Below, one piece after another: positions 45,355-59,479 of a DNA stretch of 64,000 nt (within the stretch, counting starts at the first letter, position 1; every line of letters begins with the position of its first letter). The translations under genes and the position numbers were made by a program. The DNA is from Eledone cirrhosa (lineage: Eukaryota). Under the pieces are notes generated by a model. It saw nothing but the letters and a program-made list of their open reading frames with translations, ran no database searches and was not told the DNA's origin. The DNA is taken from NCBI GenBank assembly GCA_964016885.1, contig OZ024751.1, forward strand, positions 23,560,001-23,624,000, given 5' to 3'.

Positions 45355-45580
45355 TGGTTTCTAATTTAGGCAAAAGGCCAACAAGCTTCGGGGAGCGGAA
45401 AGTCGATTAGATCGACCCTAGTGCATTACTGGTACTTTATTTCATCGACTCTTTAAGGATGAAAGCAAAGCTAACCTCTACAGGATTTGAACTCAGAACG
45501 TAAAGAGAAATAACTCTATCCTGTACAGCATGCTTCGCGACACCGTACCAATTCTACCAATTCTACCAATCCACCGCCAT
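45355..45580 (-). mobile_element. tRNA-derived SINE, diverged
   Basis: Reverse-complement core and GGATTTGAACTC. Confidence 0.7.
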
Positions 45581-45659
45581 CACTACGGCATTAATGGTAG
45601 TCAAATACACCCGTGCAACAGATATACCTTATTTAGCTTAGTTGGATTTATAGATCTTA

Positions 45660-45910
45660 CGGAAAAAAAACTAACCGACAGAAGACCCAGTAGGAGATCC
45701 CGGCAAGATGGTTGGATGGTCTCGGATGGTCTCGGATGAACTCGGATGGTCTCGTCTGGAGATCCAGCCGGATCAATTGGAGACGGTTGCTTCGGGCAGG
45801 ACCTGTTGGAAGGCATGTATGAAGACTTCACCTGACGACCCTCTCAGGAATAAGTGGGCGAAGAAAAAGAAAGAAGAAGAAGAAGAAGAAGAAGAAGAAG
45901 AAGAAGAAGA
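45660..45910 (+). mobile_element. RTE-clade LINE 3' fragment with (GAA)n tail
   Basis: ELGWSRLEIQPDQLETVASGRTCWKACMKT. The ACGACCCTCTCAG.AATAAGTGGGCGAAGAA end is shared with 3795-4120. Confidence 0.75.
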
Positions 45911-46289
45911 ATTTATATCTTTCTCAAGCTTTATATTTGTTTACATATTAAACCCTTTTATCCATTAAAAGATTATAAGATAGTGGATAAAACGATAGCC
46001 AAGATTTATTATTAATTAAACTACAGAGTGTCGAACAAATTATTTTCTCCTATTTCTTCCGATTCTTTCTTGAAGTCAACCTTAATTTTTCCCCTCCTTG
46101 GGTCTATAAAATAAAATAAGTTAAGTAATGTGATCGATATAATCGACTTTGGAGCATGCCCTCTCTGTAATGAATAGCTATTAGTTGGCTAACATTGAGT
46201 TAGAAAGCCTGAAGTGAGGCCCCTTTAATTCTTTTTACTAACAATTTATAATCTAGGAAAACATTGACTTAACTTCACAGAGCCATCAC

Positions 46290-46410
46290 ACGCTGATTGG
46301 ATAATACAGGTGAGATGGATAGGCCTCGCTTGGGGATTTATTCAGATCAATTAAAAACGGATGCTTCTGAGAGGGTCCGCTGGAAAGAGTGCTTGAGAAC
46401 TCTAACAGAA
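46290..46410 (+). mobile_element. Degenerate RTE 3' fragment
   Basis: EMDRPRLGIYSDQLKTDASERVRWKECLRTL. Confidence 0.55.
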
Positions 46411-46710
46411 AAAGAAATTCCTAAAATTATAAACCGTGTTGCACCCCCCCCCCCCCGAGGAATCCGTTGAATGAAGATATAACGTGACATTTCATGGAGA
46501 AGCATAGGTGATTGGAATACACATTAGAATACGAACCGATGATAGATGGCCTATATGGTTGTACTACTTGCAAGAAATAGCAGCCATGTCTCTTTCATAT
46601 CAAACAACTCTCGAATTTAAAGGTCATATCGTTACTACACACACACACACATACACACACACGGAGACCCAGACAGAAACTCGCAGACACAGACACACAC
46701 ACACACACAG

Positions 46711-46743
<33 letters not shown>

Positions 46744-46840
46744 AATATATATATGCGTCTGTACGAATTTCATAGCATCTCGCTGACGAGAGCTGGTTTG
46801 CTGCTAAACAACTGCAACTCTGCAACCATATAAATTCCTG

Positions 46841-46959
<119 letters not shown>

Positions 46960-47282
46960 TATATATATTTATATATATGTATATATATATATAAATACAT
47001 ATAATACCTATCTCTCTCTATATATACATATATATGTATACATATATATATATATATACATATATACATATATATATATATGTATACATATATATATATA
47101 CATATATACATATATATATATATATGTCTACATATATATATATATACATATATACATATATATATAAATATACCTACATATATATATATATATATATACA
47201 TATATACATATACATATACATATATATATATATATATATTTACATACACATATATATACATACATATATATATATATGTGAG

Positions 47283-47325
<43 letters not shown>

Positions 47326-47743
47326 TTGTACGTATGTATATGGGGGATATGTGTGTGTGTGTGCGTATGTCTGTGTATGTCCGTGTATTTGTGTATGTGT
47401 GTGTTGTGCTTGTCTTTGTGTGTGGGTCTGTCTGTGTCTATATGTACACTTATGTATTTTGATGCCATAACATATGCTTCTAAAACAAAACAAAAAAGCA
47501 ATTTTTATGTGCAGACTTTTCTGTCCATTAACTACAGACAGTAAGCATACTATACTATAGAATTTCCAATATATTAACATTTTTGGCTTTTGAAAAATAA
47601 GAAAACACAAAAGATGGCAGAAAGTTAATTGTGAAGTTGTAGCGATAAACCCCTCAGGGTTGCTGATAGTTGAACACAGTCACAAGACCTATATCTTCAA
47701 ATAACCGATGTCATAAACCTATTTCAGTAAGTCCGAACAATCT

Positions 47744-48490
47744 CATGTATGAATGTATATATGTATATATACATGTATGAATGTATATATGTATGTATGT
47801 GTGTATATACATGTATGAATGTATATATGTATGTATGTGTGTATATACATGTATGAATGTATACATGTATGTATGTGTGTATATACATGTATGAATGTAT
47901 ACATGTATGTATGTGTGTATATACATGTATGAATGTATATATGTATGTATGTGTGTATATACATGTATGAATGTATATATGTATGTATATGTGTATATAC
48001 ATGTATGAATGTATATATGTATGTATGTGTGTATATACATGTATGAATGTATATATGTATGTATGTGTGTATATACATGTATGAATGTATATATGTATGT
48101 ATGTGTGTATATACATGTATGAATGTATACATGTATGTATGTGTGTATATACATGTATGAATGTATATATGTATGTATGTGTGTATATACATGTATGAAT
48201 GTATATATGTATGTATGTGTGTATATACATGTATGAATGTATATATGTATGTATGTGTGTATATACATGTATGAATGTATATATGTATGTATGTGTGTAT
48301 ATACATGTATGAATGTATATATGTATGTATGTGTGTATATACATGTATGAATGTATATATGTATGTATATGTGTATATACATGTATGAATGTATATATGT
48401 ATGTATGTGTGTATATACATGTATGAATGTATATATGTATGTATGTGTGTATATACATGTATGAATGTATATATGTATGTATGTGTGTAT
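47744..48490. repeat. 38-bp minisatellite (~19-20 units)
   Basis: Unit CATGTATGAATGTATATATGTATGTATGTGTGTATATA. Confidence 0.92.
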
Positions 48491-48920
48491 GTATGTTCTT
48501 CTGGTTTTATAATTTCACAAAGTTTTACCAATAGAGAGAGAGTCGGTTTCTAACATAGACACAAGACTCTCTCATTGGAATTTACACAACATCAACTAGG
48601 TAGATATGTATGTATGCATGTGTAGATATGGATGTTATTGTATGTGTGGATGTGGATGTTTTGAGTTGTATGTGTACATGTGTATATGCTTTGTACCTGT
48701 ACATGTCTATATGCAGTTATTAGATGCAAAATATTTGGAATGTTTTACATATTTTTTACTGTTCCATTAATGGATTGTACTTGTAGTTTCCTAACTAGTT
48801 GTGTTCTTTCTGTTCCTGTGAAGCCTAGCTTCTCAAGATTTGTATGTATGTATGTATGTATGTATGTATGTATGTATGTATGTATGTATGTATGTATGTA
48901 TGTATGTATGTATGTATGTA

Positions 48921-49492
48921 CTACTGGTAACATGTATCCCAGTACAACCTGTCTCATGGTCGGGTCGTTGGAGACTAAACTGGCAACCCCACCAAGGTTT
49001 ATTGGTAAGGAGGGTGACTTTGGACATCCTGCAGGACTAAAAACAAAACCTGTCAAAGGGCAAAGGAGCTCTTAAGAGTCAATGGCCATCCAAAATCACC
49101 GGGAGAGATGACCCCTTAGCCTTTGTCAAGGCAGAATTCTAGGAGAAGGAAAACTCTGATATAACACCTGCAACCCTAATGGTATCCAATGATGTTGACT
49201 TGTTCTTCTTGGTTAAAAGAGTGGGCTGGCTTTGTGCAGTGCCTTTGCTCACTATAAAAGCTTCACGGCACATGCATTGCTTTATATCTGGAGATCTCTC
49301 TGCGCTTGTCGTCACATGGTACCATGGTCCCAGCACTATGTGTCAATAATTGTCACAAGTGTAGTGTTTGTACCAGAGTTTTCTAGTCGCTGGCTGGACC
49401 AAAAAGTCACACTCGTTCAGCGCATCGGTAGGGGTTCTCCTCCATGGATATAAAATAGTGACCGTACTCGAAAACGAGTTGGCAGCCACCAT
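48921..49492 (+). mobile_element. Non-autonomous non-LTR element within (TATG)n, with candidate 5' HDV-like ribozyme
   Basis: Flanked by (TATG)n. Its 3' end TACTCGAAAACGAGTTGGCAGCCACCATGTATG matches the reverse complement of 1715-1760. HDV-like pairings at 48921-48983. Confidence 0.5.
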
Positions 49493-49952
49493 GTATGTAT
49501 GCATGTATGTATGTATGCATGTATGTATGTATTATGTATGCATGTATAGATATATGCATATATATATGTATGCACACAAATACACACACACATATATATA
49601 TATGTATCCAAATACCTGGAGTATATACATACACGCATATACCTACACTCATAGATACACGCATACATACATACATAATACATACATACATACATACTTA
49701 CGTACGTACATGCATCCATCCTTCCACCCATACTTACATACATACTTACATTCATAAATACACACACACACACACATACATACACACATACATACATATA
49801 TACATACACTAGTTCTTGTAAACAAGATGTGACAAGGATGTTAGAGTGGCTAGTCTCTTGTGTTGTAAATGGCGGATAGTTAAAACAAAAAATTCTCAAT
49901 ATTGGCATGATGCCAGTAACATCTGCATAAGAAACATAGTAATGATATAACG

Positions 49953-50560
49953 AGGAAGTAGAGGGGGGGAGGAGGAGAAGAAGAAGAAGAAGGAGGAGGA
50001 GGAGGAGAAGGGGGGTGGTGAGGAGGGGGAGAAGGAGGTGGGGGAGGGGAAGGAGGAGGAGAGGGAGGCGGAGGAGAAGAAGGATGAGGTGGGAGGGATG
50101 AGGAGAAGGGGGAGGATGAGGAGGAGAAGGAGGAGGAGGAGGATGATGAGGAGGATGAGAAGGGGATGAGGAGGAGAGGAGGAGGGGAAGGAGGAGGAAA
50201 AGGAGAAGGGGAGGAGGAGGAGAATAAGGAGTAGGAGAATGAGGGGATGAGGGGGAGGGGAAGGAGGAGGAGAAGGAGAATGGGGAGGAGGAGGAGAAGA
50301 AGGAGAAGGAGGAGGAGAAGGAGAAGGAGGAGGAGAACGTGAATGAGGTGAAAGAGCACAAAACAAAATAAGATAAGGAGGATGAAAGGTGTAATGACGG
50401 GGAGAAAGAATAATAAGAATGAGAATAAGAATTAAAAAAATGAAGAAGACAAAGGTGGAGACGATTGGGGAAAAGAAAATGAAGAGTGAATATAAAATGA
50501 AGAAAGAGAAGAAATACGAGCGGGCAAAAGGGAAGGAAAAAATGAAGAAATAATGATAGT
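49953..50560. repeat. Polypurine (GGA/GAA) low-complexity tract
   Basis: Direct inspection. Confidence 0.9.
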
Positions 50561-50571
50561 AATGAAAATAA

Positions 50572-50972
50572 TAATTGTTCTTACCTTTGGCACAAGGCCA
50601 GCAATTATTGCAGTGGATTACTGGTACTTTATTTTATTGACCCTGTAAGGATGAAAGGCAAAGTTAACATCGCCGGGATTTGAACTCAGAACGTAAAGGG
50701 CCATAACTCTGGGCTACAAAGCATGTTGTCTGACGTTCTACCGATACTATTAATTCACCGCCCTTATAATGAAAATAATAATAATTGTTTCTACTTTAGG
50801 CACAAGGCCAGCAAATTACCCAGTGCATTACTGGTACTTTATTTTATCGACCCCGTAAGGATGAAAGGCAAAGTCGACCACGGCGGGATTTGAACTCAGA
50901 CCGTAAAGGGACGTAACTATGCTGGAAAGCATAGCGTCCAACCCTCTACCGATACTGCCAATCCCCCGCCCT
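50572..50972 (-). mobile_element. Two tandem full-length SINE copies
   Basis: Reverse-complement SINE at 50572-50765 and 50782-50972. Confidence 0.88.
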
Positions 50973-51084
50973 CTGAAAATAATAATAATAATAATTTCTA
51001 CCATTGGCTCAAGGCCAACAATTTGCAGAACGGGAAAGTTTATTTTTAATGGTTTATTGGTGTTTTATTTTATCAACCTCGTAA

Positions 51085-52700
<1,616 letters not shown>

Positions 52701-52837
52701 ATATAATGCGTAAAACATCATATAGATCTATCTATGTTATTCCTATATACTATAATTATGTGAGGAAATACTGGTAGTCTCCTGAAATACCTTGGTTGAC
52801 TGGTCATAATTACATCCTCTGTACTGCTGTCAGGATA

Positions 52838-53438
52838 TCGTCATCACCATCGTCATCATCGTCATCACCATCGTCATCATCATCATCATCATCCTCATCA
52901 TCATCATCATCATCATCAACATCATCATCATTACTAACATCATCATTATCTTCATCATCATCATCATCATCTGAGCATCATTAAGTCCTTTTACGGTGGA
53001 TTGGCAGTATCGGTAGAGAGTCGGACACCATGCTTTGGAGCATAGCGTTACGCCCCTTTATGATCTGAGTTCAAATCCCGCCGAGGTTAACTTTGCCTTT
53101 CATCCTTACGGGGTCGATAAAATAAAGTACCAGTAATGTACTGGGGTAATTGCCGGCCTTGTGCCTAAAGTAGAAACAATTAAGTCCTTTTACAGTTGTC
53201 AAACATCAAATTGAAACCAATAACACCACCCCACTAATTTCAGCACTCCCACCAGCACCAGCAGAACCACCACAACCGCCATCGCCACCGACCCCACCAC
53301 CAGCACCAGCACCACAACTACCGTCGCCGCTGCCACTGCCTCCACCACCACCACCACCAGCACCACAACCACTATCAGCAACGCTGGTACCAACAATAGC
53401 AGCTTCACCAACAACAGCATTACCAGTACCATCATCCA

Positions 53439-53484
<46 letters not shown>

Positions 53485-53585
53485 TTTACCACTCCAAGCA
53501 CTACAACCACGACCCTCACCGACCCACCTCTACCACCATCACCATCATCATCATCACATTACAATCTACGTATTCATCATCATCA
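52838..53585. repeat. (CAT)n/(CAC)n trinucleotide tracts around a SINE (52993-53180 +)
   Basis: Direct inspection; SINE diagnostic blocks present. Confidence 0.85.
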
Positions 53586-53789
53586 ACATATACTTATAAA
53601 TATGTGGTATTGCATGTTGCGATATCTTTTGTGCACAGTACAAAAAGTCTTCATTTCGCGATCCCAAACAAGAAATAGAAACTACATTAACATTAAGATT
53701 AATAAAAAGCCACACCGCAACTGCGTCACCTAAACTATCATTCCCTCGATCAGCAATGACAAAGGGAAGACCATTATGTAACGAGGGCG

Positions 53790-53982
53790 GGCGGTGGATT
53801 GGCAGTATCGGTAGAGGGTCGGACGCCATGCTTTGAAGCAAAGAATTACGGCCCTTTATGGTCTGAGTTCAAATCCCACCGAGGTTAACTTTGCCTTTCA
53901 TCCTTACGAAGTCGATAAAATAAAGTATCAGGCATACACTGGGATAATTGCTGGCCTTGTGCTAAAAGTAGAAACTATTATT
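53790..53982 (+). mobile_element. tRNA-derived SINE (main family), full length
   Basis: GGCGGTGGATTGGCAGTATCGGTAGAGGG..GAGTTCAAATCCC..core..tail. Confidence 0.88.
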
Positions 53983-54153
53983 TAATGATGCGAACTGTTA
54001 GAAATAGCAACGAAATATTCATGAAATCCAATACTTTCTTATTCTCTATCCAATATTTCATTTTAGCGTCGTAGAGGCACCATATTGATATAGAGCGGTT
54101 CTAGGGCATTTTAAAACATAGCGGTCTGAATAGAGCAGATTTCTTCCAGAGAA

Positions 54154-54204
<51 letters not shown>

Positions 54205-54380
54205 GAGAGAGAAGAAGTGTGAAAGAGATATAGAGAAAGAACCTACCCTAGTACTAGGTCACGTTGGATAATATAATCCTACGTTTAACTAATAGCTTTT
54301 GCACTATTTAGATTAACGATGAGTTTAACACCATCACCATCATCATCATCATCATCATTATTTTAGTCGTCATCATCAAA

Positions 54381-54411
<31 letters not shown>

Positions 54412-55181
54412 TCATCACCATCACCATCATCACCATCATCATCATTATCATCATCATCGAGAATAACAACAACCTAATCATTATCCTTGTAGTCAAAACA
54501 AAGCTAAAAAAAGAAAGCAACAAATCTGTACAAAGGAACTATGGAAAGAAGTCACTAGAAAAAAACGATACCAAGCGACAAATTGATACGAGGATCGATT
54601 TATTGAATAAGGAAGCGATTAATATATGAAACATCCGGGTTGTTAGAAAACGTATGAGATGAGAGAAAATATATTTAAGTAGCGTTTATTGTTGTTGACC
54701 ACAGATGATAAGAGTGGTGCTTGTTGGTTTGGGTGGTAATTGTAAATATAAAAATAAATATAAATATATATATACACATACATATCCATACAAACACTGA
54801 CACACACACACACTCACACGCACACGCACACACATACACACACACACGCACGCACACACAGACCGACACACACACACACACAAATATATATATACGTGTG
54901 TGTAAATAATAGTATGCTTACGAAAGTTGTTAGGTCTTATGTTCACGCTTGTGTTTGTGTGTGTGTGTGCATGTGAGTCTGTGTGTGTGTGTTTGTGTAT
55001 TTGTGCATGTGAGTGTGTGTTTGTGTCTGTGTGTGCGTATGTAAGTATGTATACATATATATTTATATAGATATGTATATAAATATATATGTATATATTC
55101 TTACATAACATGTAGGCACACATATACACACGCACAAACACACACACACACTCACTCTCTCTGTCTCTCTCTCTCTATCTT

Positions 55182-55222
<41 letters not shown>

Positions 55223-55919
55223 CATATATAGATGACTGAAGGCTGACGTGCTTATTTCTAAAATGCCTCCCGTTTCTTTCTCTTCTCACTCTCATCTAGC
55301 CTTTTTGTATATCTTTATATCTTCTTTTATTTCTTCTAGCCGAACCTCTTCCTTACTCATAACTAACAAGGTTGTGTTGGCTACCCACAGGAGCGAGTCT
55401 CACGAATTGGAATGGCTATTCCAACAGGTCTCCCTCACCATCTCTAGAGCAGCGTTTCCTCCATTCTTTTCGCTGGGACCATCAGACAGATATACATAAT
55501 TGTTATTTATCAGAAATTGTGTGAAAGGACCTACAACACTCATCTAAGTTTATATCAAAATTGAATATCTGTAAGTGATTGTGTGAACGCTCACTGAATA
55601 AAAAATACAATAATGCAACACACCTTAACAATAGCTTTCACTTAACATTTGTGTTTCCGTATGAAATTACCTTTGAGAGAACAAGAACAGTAACGCCGCG
55701 GCCATCTTAACATAGAATATGCCTTTCTTTGATTTCAAAATTAATCGTCCGCTGGGTTTTGTGGATGTAAATCCCGCTGTAATAAGGTAAGATGTAAGCC
55801 TTTGGTGTTTCATATAATATATTAACATTGTATAATATGTTAGCCATAAAAGGATGTTAAATTTTATTTCAATATATGCTTTTAACAGACAATTACATCA
55901 CTTCAAATGTATCCAGAAT

Positions 55920-55992
<73 letters not shown>

Positions 55993-56023
55993 ACATTCAC
56001 GCACGCAGTTACACACATAGATA

Positions 56024-56097
<74 letters not shown>

Positions 56098-56385
56098 TAT
56101 ATGGAACGTTTTGCTGTCTAACTTACACAGAAGGCGCAGCAGACAGTTTAGGAGAAGCTTATAACCAATTTGTTGAAACCCAGGGCTGAAATACCAGCTA
56201 TTTTCTTGAAACAGGAAAAGTGAAAAATGAATTTGCTGCTAGTTCTTGACTAGTGTACTTATTTTATTCTTCCTGCACTGATGAATGGTGAAGATGGCAT
56301 CAGTTTCGAATGGAACTCATTGTACGAAGAAACCAAACGATTTATCCACTAGGTGTGATGTCTTCTTTCAGAGCACGACACTCTG

Positions 56386-56590
56386 TTAACGCTGGGGTAT
56401 CCTACACTTTAGGGATTTAACTTTATCATTTGCAGTGACAATGTTATCCGAGTCGAAGAAGAAAACCTTCCATCTCATACATTTGACGACATCCTGACCC
56501 TTATCCAGTAACATCGAATGATTATTGTTTTTCGCGGATATGGTATGTTTCTTTATCGAGTTAGTCATTTTGAATTGTTCCATGTTGATA
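56386..56590 (-). mobile_element. Penelope-like element ORF N-terminal fragment
   Basis: NSIKK..MLLDKGQDVVKCMRWKVFFF resembles the K.E..IKRMRWKAFFF N-terminal motif of PLE ORFs (motif recalled, not searched). Confidence 0.55.
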
Positions 56591-57423
56591 TGAGGTAATT
56601 ATAAAAAGTAATTATGAAAAGTGAAAAATTATTATATGTTACAAATCTATAAACAATGGATTGGCAGTATCGCTAGAGGGTCAGACGTCATGCTTTGACG
56701 CATAGAGTTACGGCCCTTTCCATTCTATATTTATTTATTTATATATATTTATAAATAAATAAATAAATTAATTAATTTAGTTATTTATTATTTATTAATC
56801 CTTTTCCAAATTGTATTAAGAATGTCCAAGTATTATTATGGAGACGAATTTATTTAGTAGTGGATTAAAGTATGTATCTAATTTATGAACACTATTACTA
56901 GCTAGTTATTGAGTGTTATATTTATTCAGAAATGAAATAATAAAATGGAAGATACTTTAAGAAGAAGATAATATAGGAAGGTACATAATGTATTTATTTA
57001 ATCTATTTTATGGGAATAATGTATAAATAAAGTATAAGATCTGTAGTAGAGTAAAGAAGTTACAAAAAGTGTATTAATATATTAAGGTTTTGGTAATAGT
57101 TTCATTATCAAGTGAGAAAAGAGGATATAGGATAAAAATATATATATGTGCATATATATATTGGCACTGTGGCTGCAGTATGTGATTGAGTTGTTGCCAG
57201 CTTTGTGTTAGTGTCTGAAAGCTGGTCACCATTAGCATAGATTATGATTTTGAATCTTTGATTTAGATTGTATTTTCTAACAAGTCTCTCTTTGATTTCA
57301 GGTAGACGATTCTTCTGGTTACTATAAAACCTTGTATATCTGTAACAGCGACTCATTTCTTCAATAAGAACCTAAGAACTTGAAAACTACTATTTCCTGC
57401 AGATATTGTTACTGGAATATTCA

Positions 57424-57510
<87 letters not shown>

Positions 57511-57891
57511 ATATATATATACATATAAATATATATATATATATACTCCGCCTGTGCATCGTATATTCATTTTGGTGCTGTCACAAGTATTTACTGAATC
57601 ACATACATTTACGCGCACACACACACACACACACTCATACACACACAGCCAGACACACACATACACATATATTCATATATAATGAAACACAACTTCCTAA
57701 ATGATAAAAAAGAGGGACTATTTAATATGTTATTATATAATCCTCGTATATGTTAACAATCTGTTCTTATTATAACTTTTGCTTGCCCCTATAACAGTGA
57801 CCTAACACTTACTAAATGAAGCACATAAAATCTGGAAAAATTAATATTCATATTTATTAGAGAAAGTTAATATTTAATGGAGTGAATTTAT

Positions 57892-59136
57892 ATGTATCAG
57901 AGAAACATTAATACAAAAACTAATATTGGTTGTTTACAAATAGGAAAGATGAAGTTGTTGATAAACTATTCTGTTTTAATCCTGACAGCAACTATATCGC
58001 TAGTAAATCTCAGTCCTACGCGCGAAGATGAAATTAAACTACATACTAACTTGTTATCCACCTATAACAAACAAATAAGGCCTGTTTCGAATTTGAATAA
58101 ATCTGTCGATATAAAGGTTGGGTTATACCTTAAGACACTCTATAATATCGATTTCGTAAATAACCTACTAATTGCACGATACTTGATTATCTTTTACTGG
58201 GAAGATGAACTGCTGAGATGGAATCCAGAAGATTACCATAATCTCACACATACATACTTACCGAAAGCTAAGGTATGGACACCAGATTTCATAATGTGTA
58301 ATTCAATGAAGGAATCAGACGATAAAGATAGTTTTCCCGAGGTAATAGTTTATAATGAAGGGTGGATAGAAATCCGGGCAATAAAATCAGTAGAGACATA
58401 TTGTGAAGTAGATGCTTACACCTACCCATTTGATAAACAGGAGTGCCCAATCACCATATGTGTCGCTGTGCACGAACCTCAGCATACCAAATTTGTATCA
58501 ATTAATTGCGAGGTTTATGAATTTCAAAATAACTACCAATGGGGTATCAGCATGGATGGTCAAGTAGACTCACGTAACGACATATACAGCTCCGTAACAG
58601 CTTCGATGTACTTACAACGTAAACTCACAGTAGGAATTTTGGCTATACTAATTCCAGCTATAATGATGACACTTTTAAATATCTTTGTGTTTCTCCTGCC
58701 CCCTGAATCAGGAGAGAAAGTCTCTTTAGCAACAACGATATATTTATCAAATGTCCTATACCTCGTTCAAGTAGATAAAACGACGCCTAAAAACTCAAAA
58801 TACCCTTCACTTCTGATGTTGTATTTAATGTTGTTATCAATGTTCAGTGGAGTCGCCACACTTGGTTCAGTGGTTATCAGTAAATCGTATGTAAACCAAT
58901 CGGCTAAGGAAAAGAATTCATCGGCTTTAGATCAAAATAATACCAAACCTCAGGGTAACAAAATTTCCACAGCACAGCCTTATCCTGTCATGACACAGGA
59001 AACGTCAAATTTTAAACGATGGTTTCACATCTCTGACTACGTACGACTTGACAACATTTTTCTAAAACTTAGCGTTGTAACATCAATAATAATTGCAATA
59101 TTATTTGTAACTTTGTTGTTTACAGCTCCGGAGTAA
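57892..59136 (+). CDS. Divergent nAChR-like pentameric ligand-gated cation channel subunit, cephalopod chemotactile receptor (CR) type; probable start at 57949
   Basis: Intact 414-aa single-exon ORF. Signal peptide MKLLINYSVLILTATISLVNLS, YNKQIRPV, WEDELLRWNP, VWTPD, Cys-loop CEVDAYTYPFDKQEC, ESGEKVSL before M2, four TM helices, short M3-M4 loop, no vicinal loop-C cysteines. Confidence 0.92.
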   Translation: MYQRNINTKTNIGCLQIGKMKLLINYSVLILTATISLVNLSPTREDEIKLHTNLLSTYNKQIRPVSNLNKSVDIKVGLYLKTLYNIDFVNNLLIARYLIIFYWEDELLRWNPEDYHNLTHTYLPKAKVWTPDFIMCNSMKESDDKDSFPEVIVYNEGWIEIRAIKSVETYCEVDAYTYPFDKQECPITICVAVHEPQHTKFVSINCEVYEFQNNYQWGISMDGQVDSRNDIYSSVTASMYLQRKLTVGILAILIPAIMMTLLNIFVFLLPPESGEKVSLATTIYLSNVLYLVQVDKTTPKNSKYPSLLMLYLMLLSMFSGVATLGSVVISKSYVNQSAKEKNSSALDQNNTKPQGNKISTAQPYPVMTQETSNFKRWFHISDYVRLDNIFLKLSVVTSIIIAILFVTLLFTAPE

Positions 59137-59329
59137 GCAATTCTAAAATATGGGAAAATAAACTAAACGTACATTCATAAATACATCGCTATTTCAGAGC
59201 ACCAATAAGTGTGTATTTATATATATAATGAAAGTAGATCATATTCGAAGTTCGAGCGGCAGCTAAGCCAACAGATACATATAATGTAGTAGTAATGCAC
59301 TCAGTCCATGGAACAAGATTGGTAGCAGG

Positions 59330-59472
59330 AGTTCCACAACAGTTAATTCACAATATCGAACACAAATCTAACAGCATATTCGGATCCTCATTTCGTTCTA
59401 GACAGAGCTGAGGATCCGAAGAACAAGGTGAAACATTTGTTCTCGGTATGGTCTATTAACTGTTGTGGAACT
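59330..59472. mobile_element. Inverted pseudo-LTR-like pair with hammerhead (family F, 59405-59443 +)
   Basis: GAG CTGAGGA TCCGAAGAACAAGGT GAAA CATTTG TT CTC. Degenerate inverted copy at 59330-59392 and a homologue at 4660-4730. Confidence 0.55.
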
Positions 59473-59479
59473 AACTCTA

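Noticed and set aside
49417-50366. Pro/Ser-rich extensin-like ORFs
   Set aside because: Polypurine low-complexity tract open in several frames.
53199-53519. Gly-rich or poly-Met ORFs
   Set aside because: (CAC)/(CAT) trinucleotide repeats.
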